From positions 25,629 through 89,628 of the IMG/VR virus record IMGVR_UViG_3300045988_158927: a stretch of DNA of 64,000 bases. One strand, given 5' to 3'. The notes beneath the pieces are model-generated. The model saw only the letters and a program-made list of their open reading frames with translations, was not told the origin of the DNA and did no database searches. The stretch comes from a virus. Below, piece by piece: positions 34,901 through 40,411 of this stretch (position 1 is its first letter; each line of letters opens with the position of its first letter). A program made the translations under genes and the position numbers.

Positions 34901-35046
34901 CTGAACAAGAGGCAGGCGGTAAAGCCCGCTGGCACGGTGACAGCAAGCAATGGATCATTCACGGGAAGGCGCTGGACAAACTGTTCAAGGATGAATCGTT
35001 TGCCGATGCCGTCAAGGAAAAAGAGCTGATCATCAAGCCCGTCTGA
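28906..35046 (+). CDS. 2046-aa polyvalent protein: N6-adenine-type DNA methyltransferase + SNF2-family helicase + long C-terminal region (DarB-like architecture)
   Basis: MTase motifs: YYTPKPIV, VLDPSSGTGIFG (motif I, nt 29347-29379) and VTNVPFG (motif IV, nt 29548-29559). SNF2 motifs: LHGYQ, DVGLGKS (31405-31425), DEMH (31900-31911), LGLTATPITNSPLEIY, GINLQ and QQRNGRGVRQGN (from nt 33193). The last ~600 aa are unassigned and include coiled coils. Confidence 0.9.
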   Translation: MTVIEKLKLIKNLKAAQALPRDTIPQRLARIKAIKAALDALKGAKAEERTAEKESVEAAFKFDAERKTAERKKANDAAYALLQSLDEGKTLTEEEKAVLAAYSGCGGGLINPLTGKTGSATEYYTPKPIVSGMWDMLGESFGFKGGKVLDPSSGTGIFGATAPKGVVMQSVEISEVSGKINKALNSKTGNNVAIEPFEGFAARTPDGTFDALVTNVPFGDSGIRTAKGMDQKYQDQSLQGYFLLRGLDKLKPGGLMAVILPGSVVANRGARETKVRTMISLKAEFCGAIRLPNSVFETTGADVITDVAVFKKHGTDAAEKIDALFRAGKSDELREMGVLYEEFIDGNWFKGEGRKYLHGEEVTVNGRWGETQKVVSTKSVTEIGPLLRELRFKSRINWDALGAADVSLAYDVGDEITAPDGTLMRWDGETFVEVQRAEAKVNPFAKVIEAMDLTALQFYYADFSDDEVAGALQYVADNNVSVKPWVNTLNLGKRIDVLVCAAVEAFDEKAPTDNLGEEHPRLTEDVQASIKAARNVTPKESAKGVYNRFKAFTDSGVLSPVWFGQVAELKTIESNAAKFEVAKGSQKWVGINEMRKAGIDVDGEEFVHNGDKVALMDEVCTGKAAEVIEALKNADVPPERKARQIALAMERIEKIDVSKMIFTLTTKYVSADAKAEFLTLYVSKSNYSGFQAHDDIVVLPASEVKYVAFGNVDKLFVRALVGYVNDGRVSFGNLKIDGVSDDEQKQAKRDLLDDYRKYLNKLDTQFNLWVHSNRALKTALDIRLNSAENAFFKTQASDGPLTIPGLSGDIQLHGYQRAFVRKIAARFNGINSFDVGLGKSFTALASVQYAQAIGAKKKTVFVVPKSVITNWVKEANRLFSADVANDILVVGAVEKKGKLDVDSKRFDADLQRIADNVHSKIFMTAEAFQRIRIREEDVKEYLDAMRLNDRDAYGDKISDADSNRVESRLYAIEKILTEDGKSEGAPFWHTLGIDSVVFDEMHVNKNAVIAIGVRGAKFLSLPPASKKSVDVMCKTWLIRRDHGSGVLGLTATPITNSPLEIYGMMSIVEGMDAVNDACGVAGPGDFIKESVIVENRAELGVDGEERMMDVFVGLKNTQILARLVRGVCDIKTAADAGNIVQPDSEEVVQGVPLDNDTDRQLRRMILAYQIMQGAVDAGPEIPERVAEVYGSKVKTLMSPLNLLSNMSKLMVDEDAAKKRTVYIGGSEELTEKFNGLKIKEKRAYGPRLDASETVKVTVNPEDEEDVEFIVQIGAVFDGGKTIIDTTSWETQDKFEALAAKLDVPLDVKPSEKFKALIENMKAEAANVRGIKNGERIEHAKQIVFCDMLATHNKLKRFICSRMGIPASEVIIVTGQRNGSPEEIQDVQDGFNDGRYRIIIANEKAEVGINLQKGTQAIHHLTIGWTPDSLQQRNGRGVRQGNETAKVNVYYYDAEGTFDQMKRSMVNKKADWIEKVMTGEGRTVAVNAGLTREQMDALIDGMGDAESIAKAQAQAEEKAKKEARNRAVTQQMIMIEVAQKSEEELKKAADMASWATSMINKLITPINQQLEVSRKQLALSRSDKTKERLTQTIAELEKRQGEIRTRYRNYSDPSVREEWQNDIEALQDSVKSANEQVENLSGDGGLNEREIQHVKDGEFFRVGDELAFPGQFVMTKNDGIGVVVKNIRKSLCLATLRKDDSRRSAALDTSPVGMERLIDEDKVPHDILKEFAKIDTYQAMQEEERTFETVKAITQYTQVVAKWKGDLANVLWKEGVPVLMMGSYGYPLFGISRDAHRDSVINYDPYSVATLKDDGTWTEVDIETTAAAAAQYLISIDAVMSDLMVVRNEKFRKLLSQNIENHYLKDPAIVEQAIELAKQEYSSYRYGSYDIPKVARMLSILGLRRAAKLHYNLYSAEDFPGVESMQGQMEVFVKQAREEEERVNQEWEEKKRREREEAEAKAAQDAANMEKWVSEGFPADQEFGITGFRTFGFKDRIKQAEQEAGGKARWHGDSKQWIIHGKALDKLFKDESFADAVKEKELIIKPV

Positions 35047-35057
35047 TTGACGTAACG

Positions 35058-35090
35058 AGGGGGCGCCGATATGATGAAGCGTCCCCTTTG
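35058..35090 (+). terminator. weak terminator candidate
   Basis: A 9-bp stem (35058-35066 with 35079-35087, one G-U pair) and a 12-nt loop, followed only by TTT. Confidence 0.35.
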
Positions 35091-35104
35091 CGGAGATTGA
35101 AACC

Positions 35105-35473
35105 ATGGATATCGAAGAGATCAAAGAGAACTTTGCGTACACCGAAGACGTTGCGAAGGGCTGGCGTGATTACTACCAGATGGACGACGCAGACACCGAG
35201 CGCGTGGCCAAAGTGATTGCAGGCCGCATCAGCGACAAGAAGACGGATTACCGTAACTACGGCCCTTGGTGGTGGCCCGTCAAGCGTGCATTGATCGCGC
35301 AAGGGCTGGCGGCGGGATACGTGGATGAGGAAGTAGCCGATGCTCTGTCGTTCGGGAATGGACTGGACGACATGCTTTGCGGCGACGCCTACAGAACGTC
35401 GTTCCTCGGGTCCAGCATCGCGGAGACGAAACAGCACGGCCAATACGTCATCCATGATCCGGACATGGAATAG
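35105..35473 (+). CDS. hypothetical protein
   Basis: Track ORF. No motif recognised. Confidence 0.55.
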   Translation: MDIEEIKENFAYTEDVAKGWRDYYQMDDADTERVAKVIAGRISDKKTDYRNYGPWWWPVKRALIAQGLAAGYVDEEVADALSFGNGLDDMLCGDAYRTSFLGSSIAETKQHGQYVIHDPDME

Positions 35474-35497
35474 TAAGCAGCCGAAGGGTTAGAATCT

Positions 35498-35525
35498 AAG
35501 CGCCTGTAGTTTGGGCGCTTTTTCA
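35498..35525 (+). terminator. rho-independent terminator
   Basis: AAGCGCC (35498-35504) pairs with GGCGCTT (35514-35520), followed by TTTTC. Confidence 0.6.
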
Positions 35526-35546
35526 TTTGCAAATGAGGAAAAGACA

Positions 35547-36266
35547 ATGGATTTGACTAGCTATCTGCGCCAAGATCGGCGCGTGAAATTCGATTCGGCC
35601 AAAGCAGAAAAGGCCGTCGTGGCCCGGGCTGAGCAAGAGAATGAAGACCTGAACCCTGCCGACAAGAATTCCATTCTGGACGCTGCCGCCGACTACGCTA
35701 CCCGAGATATCGGGCTGGCTGCCGTCAATGCCGTGCGCGAATGGGCAGAGACCGATGATCTCGATGCCGGCGAAACTGCTGCCGACCGCCTGATTGCTCT
35801 GTTCATCGGCATCGCTGACGAAGATAAGGATGGCGAAATCACGCCGGAGGAACAGGACCTGCTGGAGATCGCGCTGGAAGCGGCCTATGACTATCTGCTG
35901 AATCTGGGTGTGCCTGAAGACGATGTTTCGGCACTGCTGAATGACTTTGAGCCGGAAGTAGCAGACCGAGTTCTGGAGCTTGTTATCTCTTCGCTGCCTG
36001 AAGGCGATGCCGCCGACGCTGACGTGGATTCCTACGTGTTCGGTGAAGACGAGGATGAAGGCGCGGCGCTGGATGCCGTCTACAAGAAAAAACTGGTGGT
36101 GCGTAACGGCAAGAAAGTGCGCATCAACAAGCGCGTGAGCGGTACCGTGCGCCTGTCTGCCAAGCAGAAAGTGGCCATCAAAAAGGCGCGCCTGAAGTCG
36201 CACAATGCGCGTGCTATGCTTAAGCGTGCCAAGAGCATGCGCAAGCGCAAGCAAATGGGTTTGTGA
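35547..36266 (+). CDS. bipartite protein: strongly acidic N part, strongly basic C tail (scaffold- or internal-protein-like)
   Basis: Track ORF 35511-36266 trimmed to ATG 35547, after the terminator, with RBS GAGGAAAAG. The C-terminus reads KKKLVVRNGKKVRINKR...KRAKSMRKRKQ. Confidence 0.6.
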   Translation: MDLTSYLRQDRRVKFDSAKAEKAVVARAEQENEDLNPADKNSILDAAADYATRDIGLAAVNAVREWAETDDLDAGETAADRLIALFIGIADEDKDGEITPEEQDLLEIALEAAYDYLLNLGVPEDDVSALLNDFEPEVADRVLELVISSLPEGDAADADVDSYVFGEDEDEGAALDAVYKKKLVVRNGKKVRINKRVSGTVRLSAKQKVAIKKARLKSHNARAMLKRAKSMRKRKQMGL

Positions 36267-36288
36267 TAGCGTTCTGACCTAGGACGCC

Positions 36289-36318
36289 GGGGAGGCTTGT
36301 GCCTCCCCTTTTTTTTAC
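36289..36318 (+). terminator. rho-independent terminator (8-bp GC stem, T10)
   Basis: GGGGAGGC (36289-36296), loop TTGT, GCCTCCCC (36301-36308), followed by a T-run. Confidence 0.8.
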
Positions 36319-36325
36319 CCGTACC

Positions 36326-36357
36326 GATTGTTTCGATAATCGAGACAATCGATTGTT
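36326..36357 (+). promoter_or_regulatory. 25-bp near-perfect palindrome plus a third half-site
   Basis: GATTGTTTCGAT-A-ATCGAGACAATC (36326-36350, 11 of 12 positions symmetric) is followed directly by GATTGTT (36351-36357). It lies between the terminator and ATG 36384. Confidence 0.45.
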
Positions 36358-36383
36358 ACGCAAAACGGAACAATGAGGAAGAA

Positions 36384-37196
36384 ATGGCAATTACTGTCTC
36401 TCACTCGGCCGTCAAAGAAAAGCGCGACGTGCCGAAACGCGAACGCCTCGGCAGCCAATGGGACGGCCTGAATACAAACCTGCTGGCGACGTTCTTTGAA
36501 GTCGAGAAGGTGGGCAGCGAGTACAAGCGCAAAGAGGGCCTGTATGTAGTTGCGCCGCTCACGGATGCGAGCTGCGAACTCACCCAAAACTGGACATCGC
36601 CCTTTGAGCAATCCGGCGTAGACCAAAGCGCCCCCTACCTGACCGCCATGCTTCAGACTGGCGGGCTTTCGCAAGTGGTGGACGCGGTGGGATCGGCCCT
36701 TGGATTCGAGGGAGACGGCGGGATGGCGAACGAGGCGCTCAAGCAGGCGCAAGGCCGGTCAAGCGTGACGAAGCTTAACAGCACGCAAATTTTCAGCGGG
36801 ATGCCACCGGTCAAATTCAGCGTAACGGCCCTTTTCCGGGCGTGGTCGAATGCCCGGGATGAGGTCGAGCGCCCCATGGAAAAACTCGTGGAATGGTCCC
36901 TGCCGAAGGCCATCGTCAACGAAGGAACCCTGATCGAACGGGGGGTTCAAATCCAGAAAGGCAGCGCCGATTGGTGGTCGGCCATCATGCCCAGCAAGGC
37001 CCCTTGTCTGGTAGGAATGACGTACAAGGGGCGCACTTGGATGCCCATGGTCATCGAATCAATCAGCATCCCGATTGCGTCCAACGTGACGGGTTCCGGG
37101 GAGTTTGTAGAGCTGGCAATCCCGATGACGCTGGCCACGCTGACGGCTATTGACGCGAAAGACTGGACGGCTACGAGCGTCAATCATGGCCGATAG
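36384..37196 (+). CDS. hypothetical late protein, terminator-insulated monocistron (tail-tube-like guess)
   Basis: Track ORF 36297-37196 trimmed to ATG 36384 with RBS GAGGAAG. It is flanked by strong terminators on both sides, like the capsid and sheath genes. Its beta-rich pattern is weakly reminiscent of tube proteins, so the function is uncertain. Confidence 0.55.
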   Translation: MAITVSHSAVKEKRDVPKRERLGSQWDGLNTNLLATFFEVEKVGSEYKRKEGLYVVAPLTDASCELTQNWTSPFEQSGVDQSAPYLTAMLQTGGLSQVVDAVGSALGFEGDGGMANEALKQAQGRSSVTKLNSTQIFSGMPPVKFSVTALFRAWSNARDEVERPMEKLVEWSLPKAIVNEGTLIERGVQIQKGSADWWSAIMPSKAPCLVGMTYKGRTWMPMVIESISIPIASNVTGSGEFVELAIPMTLATLTAIDAKDWTATSVNHGR

Positions 37197-37219
37197 ACTG
37201 CACAAAACATAGGCAATTC

Positions 37220-37244
37220 AGCCCGCCGAGTGCGGGCTTTTTTG
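37220..37244 (+). terminator. rho-independent terminator
   Basis: AGCCCGC (37220-37226) pairs with GCGGGCT (37232-37238), followed by TTTTTG. Confidence 0.75.
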
Positions 37245-37318
37245 TGCCCGTCGCCGGCATCATCCGCAACGATTGGCGACGATTGGCTATGAGTGGGCAA
37301 TCACGATAAGCAATGTTA

Positions 37319-37340
37319 GAAAATTGGCGGTAATTTTTCC
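37319..37340 (+). repeat. 21-mer repeat copy 1 (GAAAATTGGCGGTAATTTTTCC)
   Basis: Read directly from the sequence. The core AATTGGCGGTAA is shared by all five copies. Confidence 0.9.
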
Positions 37341-37360
37341 TACCCCCCTCCCCCGGGGTG
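37333..37360 (+). repeat. left inverted arm with C6TC5G4 tract
   Basis: AATTTTTCCTACCCCCCTCCCCCGGGGTG. Its reverse complement reappears, split in two, at 37914-37935 and 37955-37973. Confidence 0.8.
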
Positions 37361-37376
37361 CATTTAACAGGTGTAA

Positions 37377-37397
37377 CAATTGGCGGTAAATTTTCAG
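37377..37397 (+). repeat. 21-mer repeat copy 2 (CAATTGGCGGTAAATTTTCAG)
   Basis: Read directly from the sequence. Confidence 0.9.
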
Positions 37398-37401
37398 TCG
37401 T

Positions 37402-37443
37402 GAGTTCAACATGAGTTCAACGTATACTCAATATGAGTTCAAC
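37402..37443 (+). repeat. three direct GAGTTCAAC repeats
   Basis: Copies at 37402-37410, 37413-37421 and 37435-37443, with a degenerate fourth copy (GTTAGTTCATC) at 37444-37454. Confidence 0.85.
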
Positions 37444-37480
37444 GTTAGTTCATCGTTGCGTAACATGTCCAAAAGAACAA

Positions 37481-37501
37481 GAAAATTGGCGGTAAATTTC
37501 C
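37481..37501 (+). repeat. 21-mer repeat copy 3 (GAAAATTGGCGGTAAATTTCC)
   Basis: Read directly from the sequence. Confidence 0.9.
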
Positions 37502-37559
37502 GCTCAACGTGGTAAATGAGAACGATTCTCGTGTGTCTCACAAGATTTAAATAATTCTT

Positions 37560-37581
37560 GAAAAATTACCGCCAATTTTTC
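37560..37581 (-). repeat. 21-mer repeat copy 4, inverted (GAAAAATTACCGCCAATTTTTC on + strand)
   Basis: Shares 22 identical nt (TGAAAAATTACCGCCAATTTTT) with copy 5. Confidence 0.9.
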
Positions 37582-37649
37582 TCTCATGTTTGGGAACGTT
37601 CGTTATACGATTAAGCCGAAAAACGGGGGTTTTTCTCATCTTTCGCAAC

Positions 37650-37658
37650 GTTGAACTC
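37650..37658 (-). repeat. inverted copy of GAGTTCAAC (GTTGAACTC)
   Basis: Read directly. It sits 7 nt upstream of inverted 21-mer copy 5, mirroring the left side of the island. Confidence 0.7.
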
Positions 37659-37664
37659 TTTCCT

Positions 37665-37685
37665 GAAAAATTACCGCCAATTTTT
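37665..37685 (-). repeat. 21-mer repeat copy 5, inverted
   Basis: GAAAAATTACCGCCAATTTTT on the + strand. Confidence 0.9.
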
Positions 37686-37860
37686 ACATATGTTAAATCG
37701 AATTGTTAAACGAGTGTTTATGCGGTTCTTCAGGCGTCGGACACAAAATTTAACGTTGTTAAAAAGTATTTTCCGAATTTCTATTTTTTTCTGTCGTGAG
37801 GGTCAGATATGAAAAAAGGTTTTTTTGAATAGACCCCTATATATATAAGGGGGAGAAATT
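37680..37860. other. strongly AT-rich block with CCCCT(AT)4AAGGGG palindrome (37834-37852)
   Basis: Contains runs such as TTTTTACATATGTTAAATCGAATTGTTAAA and CTATTTTTTTCTG. No ORF. It contrasts with the GC-rich flanks. Confidence 0.7.
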
Positions 37861-37913
37861 AGGGAAATTGCCCCGAGCCCCCCCCCGGAAGCGCGCACGG
37901 ATGGGGCGTCTCT

Positions 37914-37973
37914 CACCCCGGGGGGAGGGGGGGGGAATATTGCCGGCGAATTACGGAGGGGGTAGGAAAAATT
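37914..37973 (-). repeat. right inverted arm (C4G6AG9 tract ... GGAGGGGGTAGGAAAAATT)
   Basis: Reverse complement of 37333-37360, interrupted by AATATTGCCGGCGAATTAC and with G-run length differences. Confidence 0.75.
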
Positions 37974-38021
37974 CGGGGAAATTAGAGCAGGAATTTCCGG
38001 GCCGTGCGATGGCCTCGGGGA

Positions 38022-38074
38022 GGTCTGCCAGAGGAACGGGCGATGGGGCGGAAGCCCCTACTCTGGAAGAGACC
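38022..38074 (+). other. three-tier hairpin with GGAA tetraloop in GC-rich leader
   Basis: GGTCT pairs with AGACC (38022-26 with 38070-74), CCAGAG with CTCTGG (38028-33 with 38061-66), and GGGGC-GGAA-GCCCC forms the tip (38045-38058). Confidence 0.4.
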
Positions 38075-38150
38075 GCCGACGCATCGATGCCGGACCTGCT
38101 GGCGCGTGTCTGTCCACGTCATCCGTCTGTAGCTTGTGAGGCACGTTGGG

Positions 38151-38179
38151 TTGACGGCAGGCCGGGTACTAGAGAGAAT
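38151..38179 (+). promoter_or_regulatory. sigma70-like promoter (TTGACG-17 nt-GAGAAT)
   Basis: -35 at 38151-38156 and -10 at 38174-38179, about 35 nt upstream of ATG 38215. Confidence 0.5.
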
Positions 38180-38214
38180 GCAGCCATCCCACACACAAGC
38201 CGATGAGGCCAACC

Positions 38215-38658
38215 ATGAACAAGCCGTCCCTTTCCTACCTGCCCGCCTGTATGTCTTTCCGGACCCTTCGCGCCAAGAGCGACGCCTACCTGATCGGATT
38301 CCTTGGGGGCTTCGATGACGTGGACGCCATCCGTGCGGCGCTGGCGAAGTTTCGCGGCGCTTCCTATGTCCATCAGAACGACCTTCTGAGCGTGGCCGTT
38401 AGCGGGGCATCTACATTTGTGCGTCATAGCCGGCCGGACGATGCCAAGCGCTTGAATGCCCTTGCTGCCCGTCGGCGGGCCATTGTGGTCGAGATGATCG
38501 GGCAATACGTTGAGTGCTGGTGCCATCAAGTAGGCCCGGCTTACGTCACGAAAGAGGCGCGGGACTATCTGATCGGTTGCGCTGATGGTGGATGGTCGCT
38601 GCAACCCGTCCCAGTAGCCGTCCGTCTCTTCCCCGCATCGCCTGCCGATTTTGCTTGA
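38215..38658 (+). CDS. array-B protein (~150-aa paralog family), first member
   Basis: ATG 38215 lies 6 nt after GAGG. AYLIGFLGGFDDVDAIRAALAKF aligns with AFFAGYSGYQFDPWEMNALRAALQEE of 39423. C-terminal motif YLIGCADGGW. Confidence 0.55.
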   Translation: MNKPSLSYLPACMSFRTLRAKSDAYLIGFLGGFDDVDAIRAALAKFRGASYVHQNDLLSVAVSGASTFVRHSRPDDAKRLNALAARRRAIVVEMIGQYVECWCHQVGPAYVTKEARDYLIGCADGGWSLQPVPVAVRLFPASPADFA

Positions 38659-38683
38659 CACGCGGAACGGCAAGCTCCATACT
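38655..38683 (+). promoter_or_regulatory. sigma70-like promoter (GCTTGACACGC ... CATACT)
   Basis: -35 TTGACA at 38655-38660, a 17-nt spacer, and -10 CATACT at 38678-38683. Confidence 0.55.
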
Positions 38684-38716
38684 TCCAAACATCCCACTCA
38701 CCACAAAGAGAACATC

Positions 38717-39049
38717 ATGCGCTTCATTCTCACTTGGACCAAGAACAACCGGATGCGTTACGTCGTGGCGCATCGCATGGACGTTAAAGCGGATGTCGAG
38801 CTGATCCGCAAGATCGAAGAAGAGGAGCCGGATATCTGGCCGCTGCGCACGGCATCCGTTCATGAGGTCATCGAGAAGCTTATGCCCGAGCGCGCCAACT
38901 GGCTTTTGCGTGACCTTGACATGGTGTGCGAAGAAGGCGAGATGAACGGCCTGTCCCAAGAGCTGCGCACGCTGATTACCGGCCTGTCGGATATCGATAA
39001 CAAGGAATCGATGAAGAAGGTTTCCGCATATCTCGCCTCGATCCAATGA
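38717..39049 (+). CDS. hypothetical protein
   Basis: Track ORF 38651-39049 trimmed to ATG 38717 (MRFILTW), downstream of the promoter. Confidence 0.55.
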   Translation: MRFILTWTKNNRMRYVVAHRMDVKADVELIRKIEEEEPDIWPLRTASVHEVIEKLMPERANWLLRDLDMVCEEGEMNGLSQELRTLITGLSDIDNKESMKKVSAYLASIQ

Positions 39050-39423
39050 CGCCGATAACCATGGCCATCGTTAGGAACGCACACCCCGCGTTCCTTTACG
39101 CCTACGCCAGCCCACAAAATCCGGCCCATGGCTTCGTTGATTCGCCTAGCCTAGGCGATGACACTACAGTGACGCCGAAGGCCGTAGCGGGCTTTCTGGG
39201 GGCTTCTACGGCCGACACGCAAATTCAGGAACTCGACGGATGCACGCTTGATGCCATCGCCGCATCACTCGCTGCCGAGTATCGCAAGGAATACGGAAAA
39301 CTTTCATCAGCCGTCGCGGAATCGATCTATCAGGCATTCCGAGGGATTGTCTGGGGCGGCTGGCCCATTCTCAATGCACGGCACGTCATCGCTGCTGCCG
39401 TGCGCTTTGCAAAGGAGCAATAA
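39046..39423 (+). CDS. array-B protein (divergent member)
   Basis: VAGFLGASTADTQIQEL and the C-terminal GIVWGGWPILNARHVIAAAVRFA fit the family motifs. ATGA overlap. Confidence 0.55.
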   Translation: MTPITMAIVRNAHPAFLYAYASPQNPAHGFVDSPSLGDDTTVTPKAVAGFLGASTADTQIQELDGCTLDAIAASLAAEYRKEYGKLSSAVAESIYQAFRGIVWGGWPILNARHVIAAAVRFAKEQ

Positions 39424-39884
39424 TGACACCGAAACCGCTGATTCCGATGGGAATCGAAGCTTTCAAACTCGAAGAATCTGCCAATGACGATCACTATGCG
39501 GCTTTCTTTGCCGGGTATTCAGGCTATCAGTTTGATCCGTGGGAAATGAATGCGTTGAGGGCAGCACTTCAGGAAGAAGGCCGTGATGAATACCCCGGCC
39601 CTAACAGCATCTATAACCGATTCTTAAAGGGCGCATGGAAGCAGTCCTACAAGCATCAGGATTTCCACTGGGACGAAGAATGCGAAGAGAATCTAGTGAT
39701 GCTGGACCTTCTGGAGGTGGCCGCCGATAAGCTGGATCGAGACAAGGTAAGCGAAGAAAAGCGCAAGCTGATGGAAGCCTATCTGTCCGGATGGGCATGC
39801 GCTGGCAATTTCCTCGAATCCCCCATCTTCGCCTACTTCAAAGCCGAAGAGTACGTTAAGTCTGTTTTTGGTATCGAGAAATGA
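39423..39884 (+). CDS. array-B protein
   Basis: FFAGYSGYQFDPWEMNALRAAL ... EAYLSGWACAGNFLESPIFAYFKAEEYV. Confidence 0.6.
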   Translation: MTPKPLIPMGIEAFKLEESANDDHYAAFFAGYSGYQFDPWEMNALRAALQEEGRDEYPGPNSIYNRFLKGAWKQSYKHQDFHWDEECEENLVMLDLLEVAADKLDRDKVSEEKRKLMEAYLSGWACAGNFLESPIFAYFKAEEYVKSVFGIEK

Positions 39885-40411
39885 TCAAACACTCACGCTC
39901 AATCACGGCCGGCTACATTGTCCGTGCCTACAAATCGAACGGTCTTGGCACGCATCATGATTGTGTACACACGCTGTCCGGTTACTCTGGCCGTGTCATT
40001 CGGCCGGAACAATTGCGAGAGCTTGCAATCCGTGCTGCCATGCTGCCGGGAAATCGCCTGCTGACGCCCGACGATATCTTGCTGATGATGAAGGCCATTG
40101 ACGTGGGGTTGCTGGATGGCTGGCAGCATAGCATTCTGAAAAAGCCGAATCAGTCCAGATTTGCACGCGCTGGACGTGATGATGCGCATATCCTGCTGGT
40201 GCAATCGCTGTACGATATCGCGCACGAAAGAGCGGCCGAGATATGGGGGCGGTTTAAAAAGCACACCAAATACGCTTTCCCGGTCGGCGCGTGGCTTTCC
40301 GGCTGGCGTATGCGCGGCGATGATTCACTGAGCCCGGCCATCGCGGCCGTGGATGCCATCACGTATGCACGCGGCTTCATTGACTATCTGAATCTGAAGG
40401 TGAAGGAATGA
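39881..40411 (+). CDS. array-B protein
   Basis: HTLSGYSGRVIRPEQLRELA ... GAWLSGWRMRGDDSLSPAIAAVDAITYARGFIDYL. Confidence 0.6.
   Translation: MIKHSRSITAGYIVRAYKSNGLGTHHDCVHTLSGYSGRVIRPEQLRELAIRAAMLPGNRLLTPDDILLMMKAIDVGLLDGWQHSILKKPNQSRFARAGRDDAHILLVQSLYDIAHERAAEIWGRFKKHTKYAFPVGAWLSGWRMRGDDSLSPAIAAVDAITYARGFIDYLNLKVKE

Noticed and set aside
36944-36954. GGTTCAAATCC, a tRNA T-loop-like string.
   Set aside because: It lies inside CDS 36384-37196. The flanks cannot form a T-stem or acceptor stem. I saw no other tRNA-like cloverleaf in the non-coding gaps.
37319-37687. The possibility that the five 21-mers form a CRISPR-like array.
   Set aside because: The copies are irregularly spaced (about 56, 106, 79 and 105 nt start to start), two are inverted, there are no cas genes, and the repeats lack the usual length and regularity.
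37868-38206. A 112-aa + strand ORF (TTG start) inside the repeat island, and the minus-strand ORF 37982-38212.
   Set aside because: The product is Gly/Arg/Pro/Ala low-complexity. The ORF starts within the poly-C/G tract, has no RBS, and spans the hairpin and promoter at 38022-38179. It is more likely non-coding GC-rich DNA.
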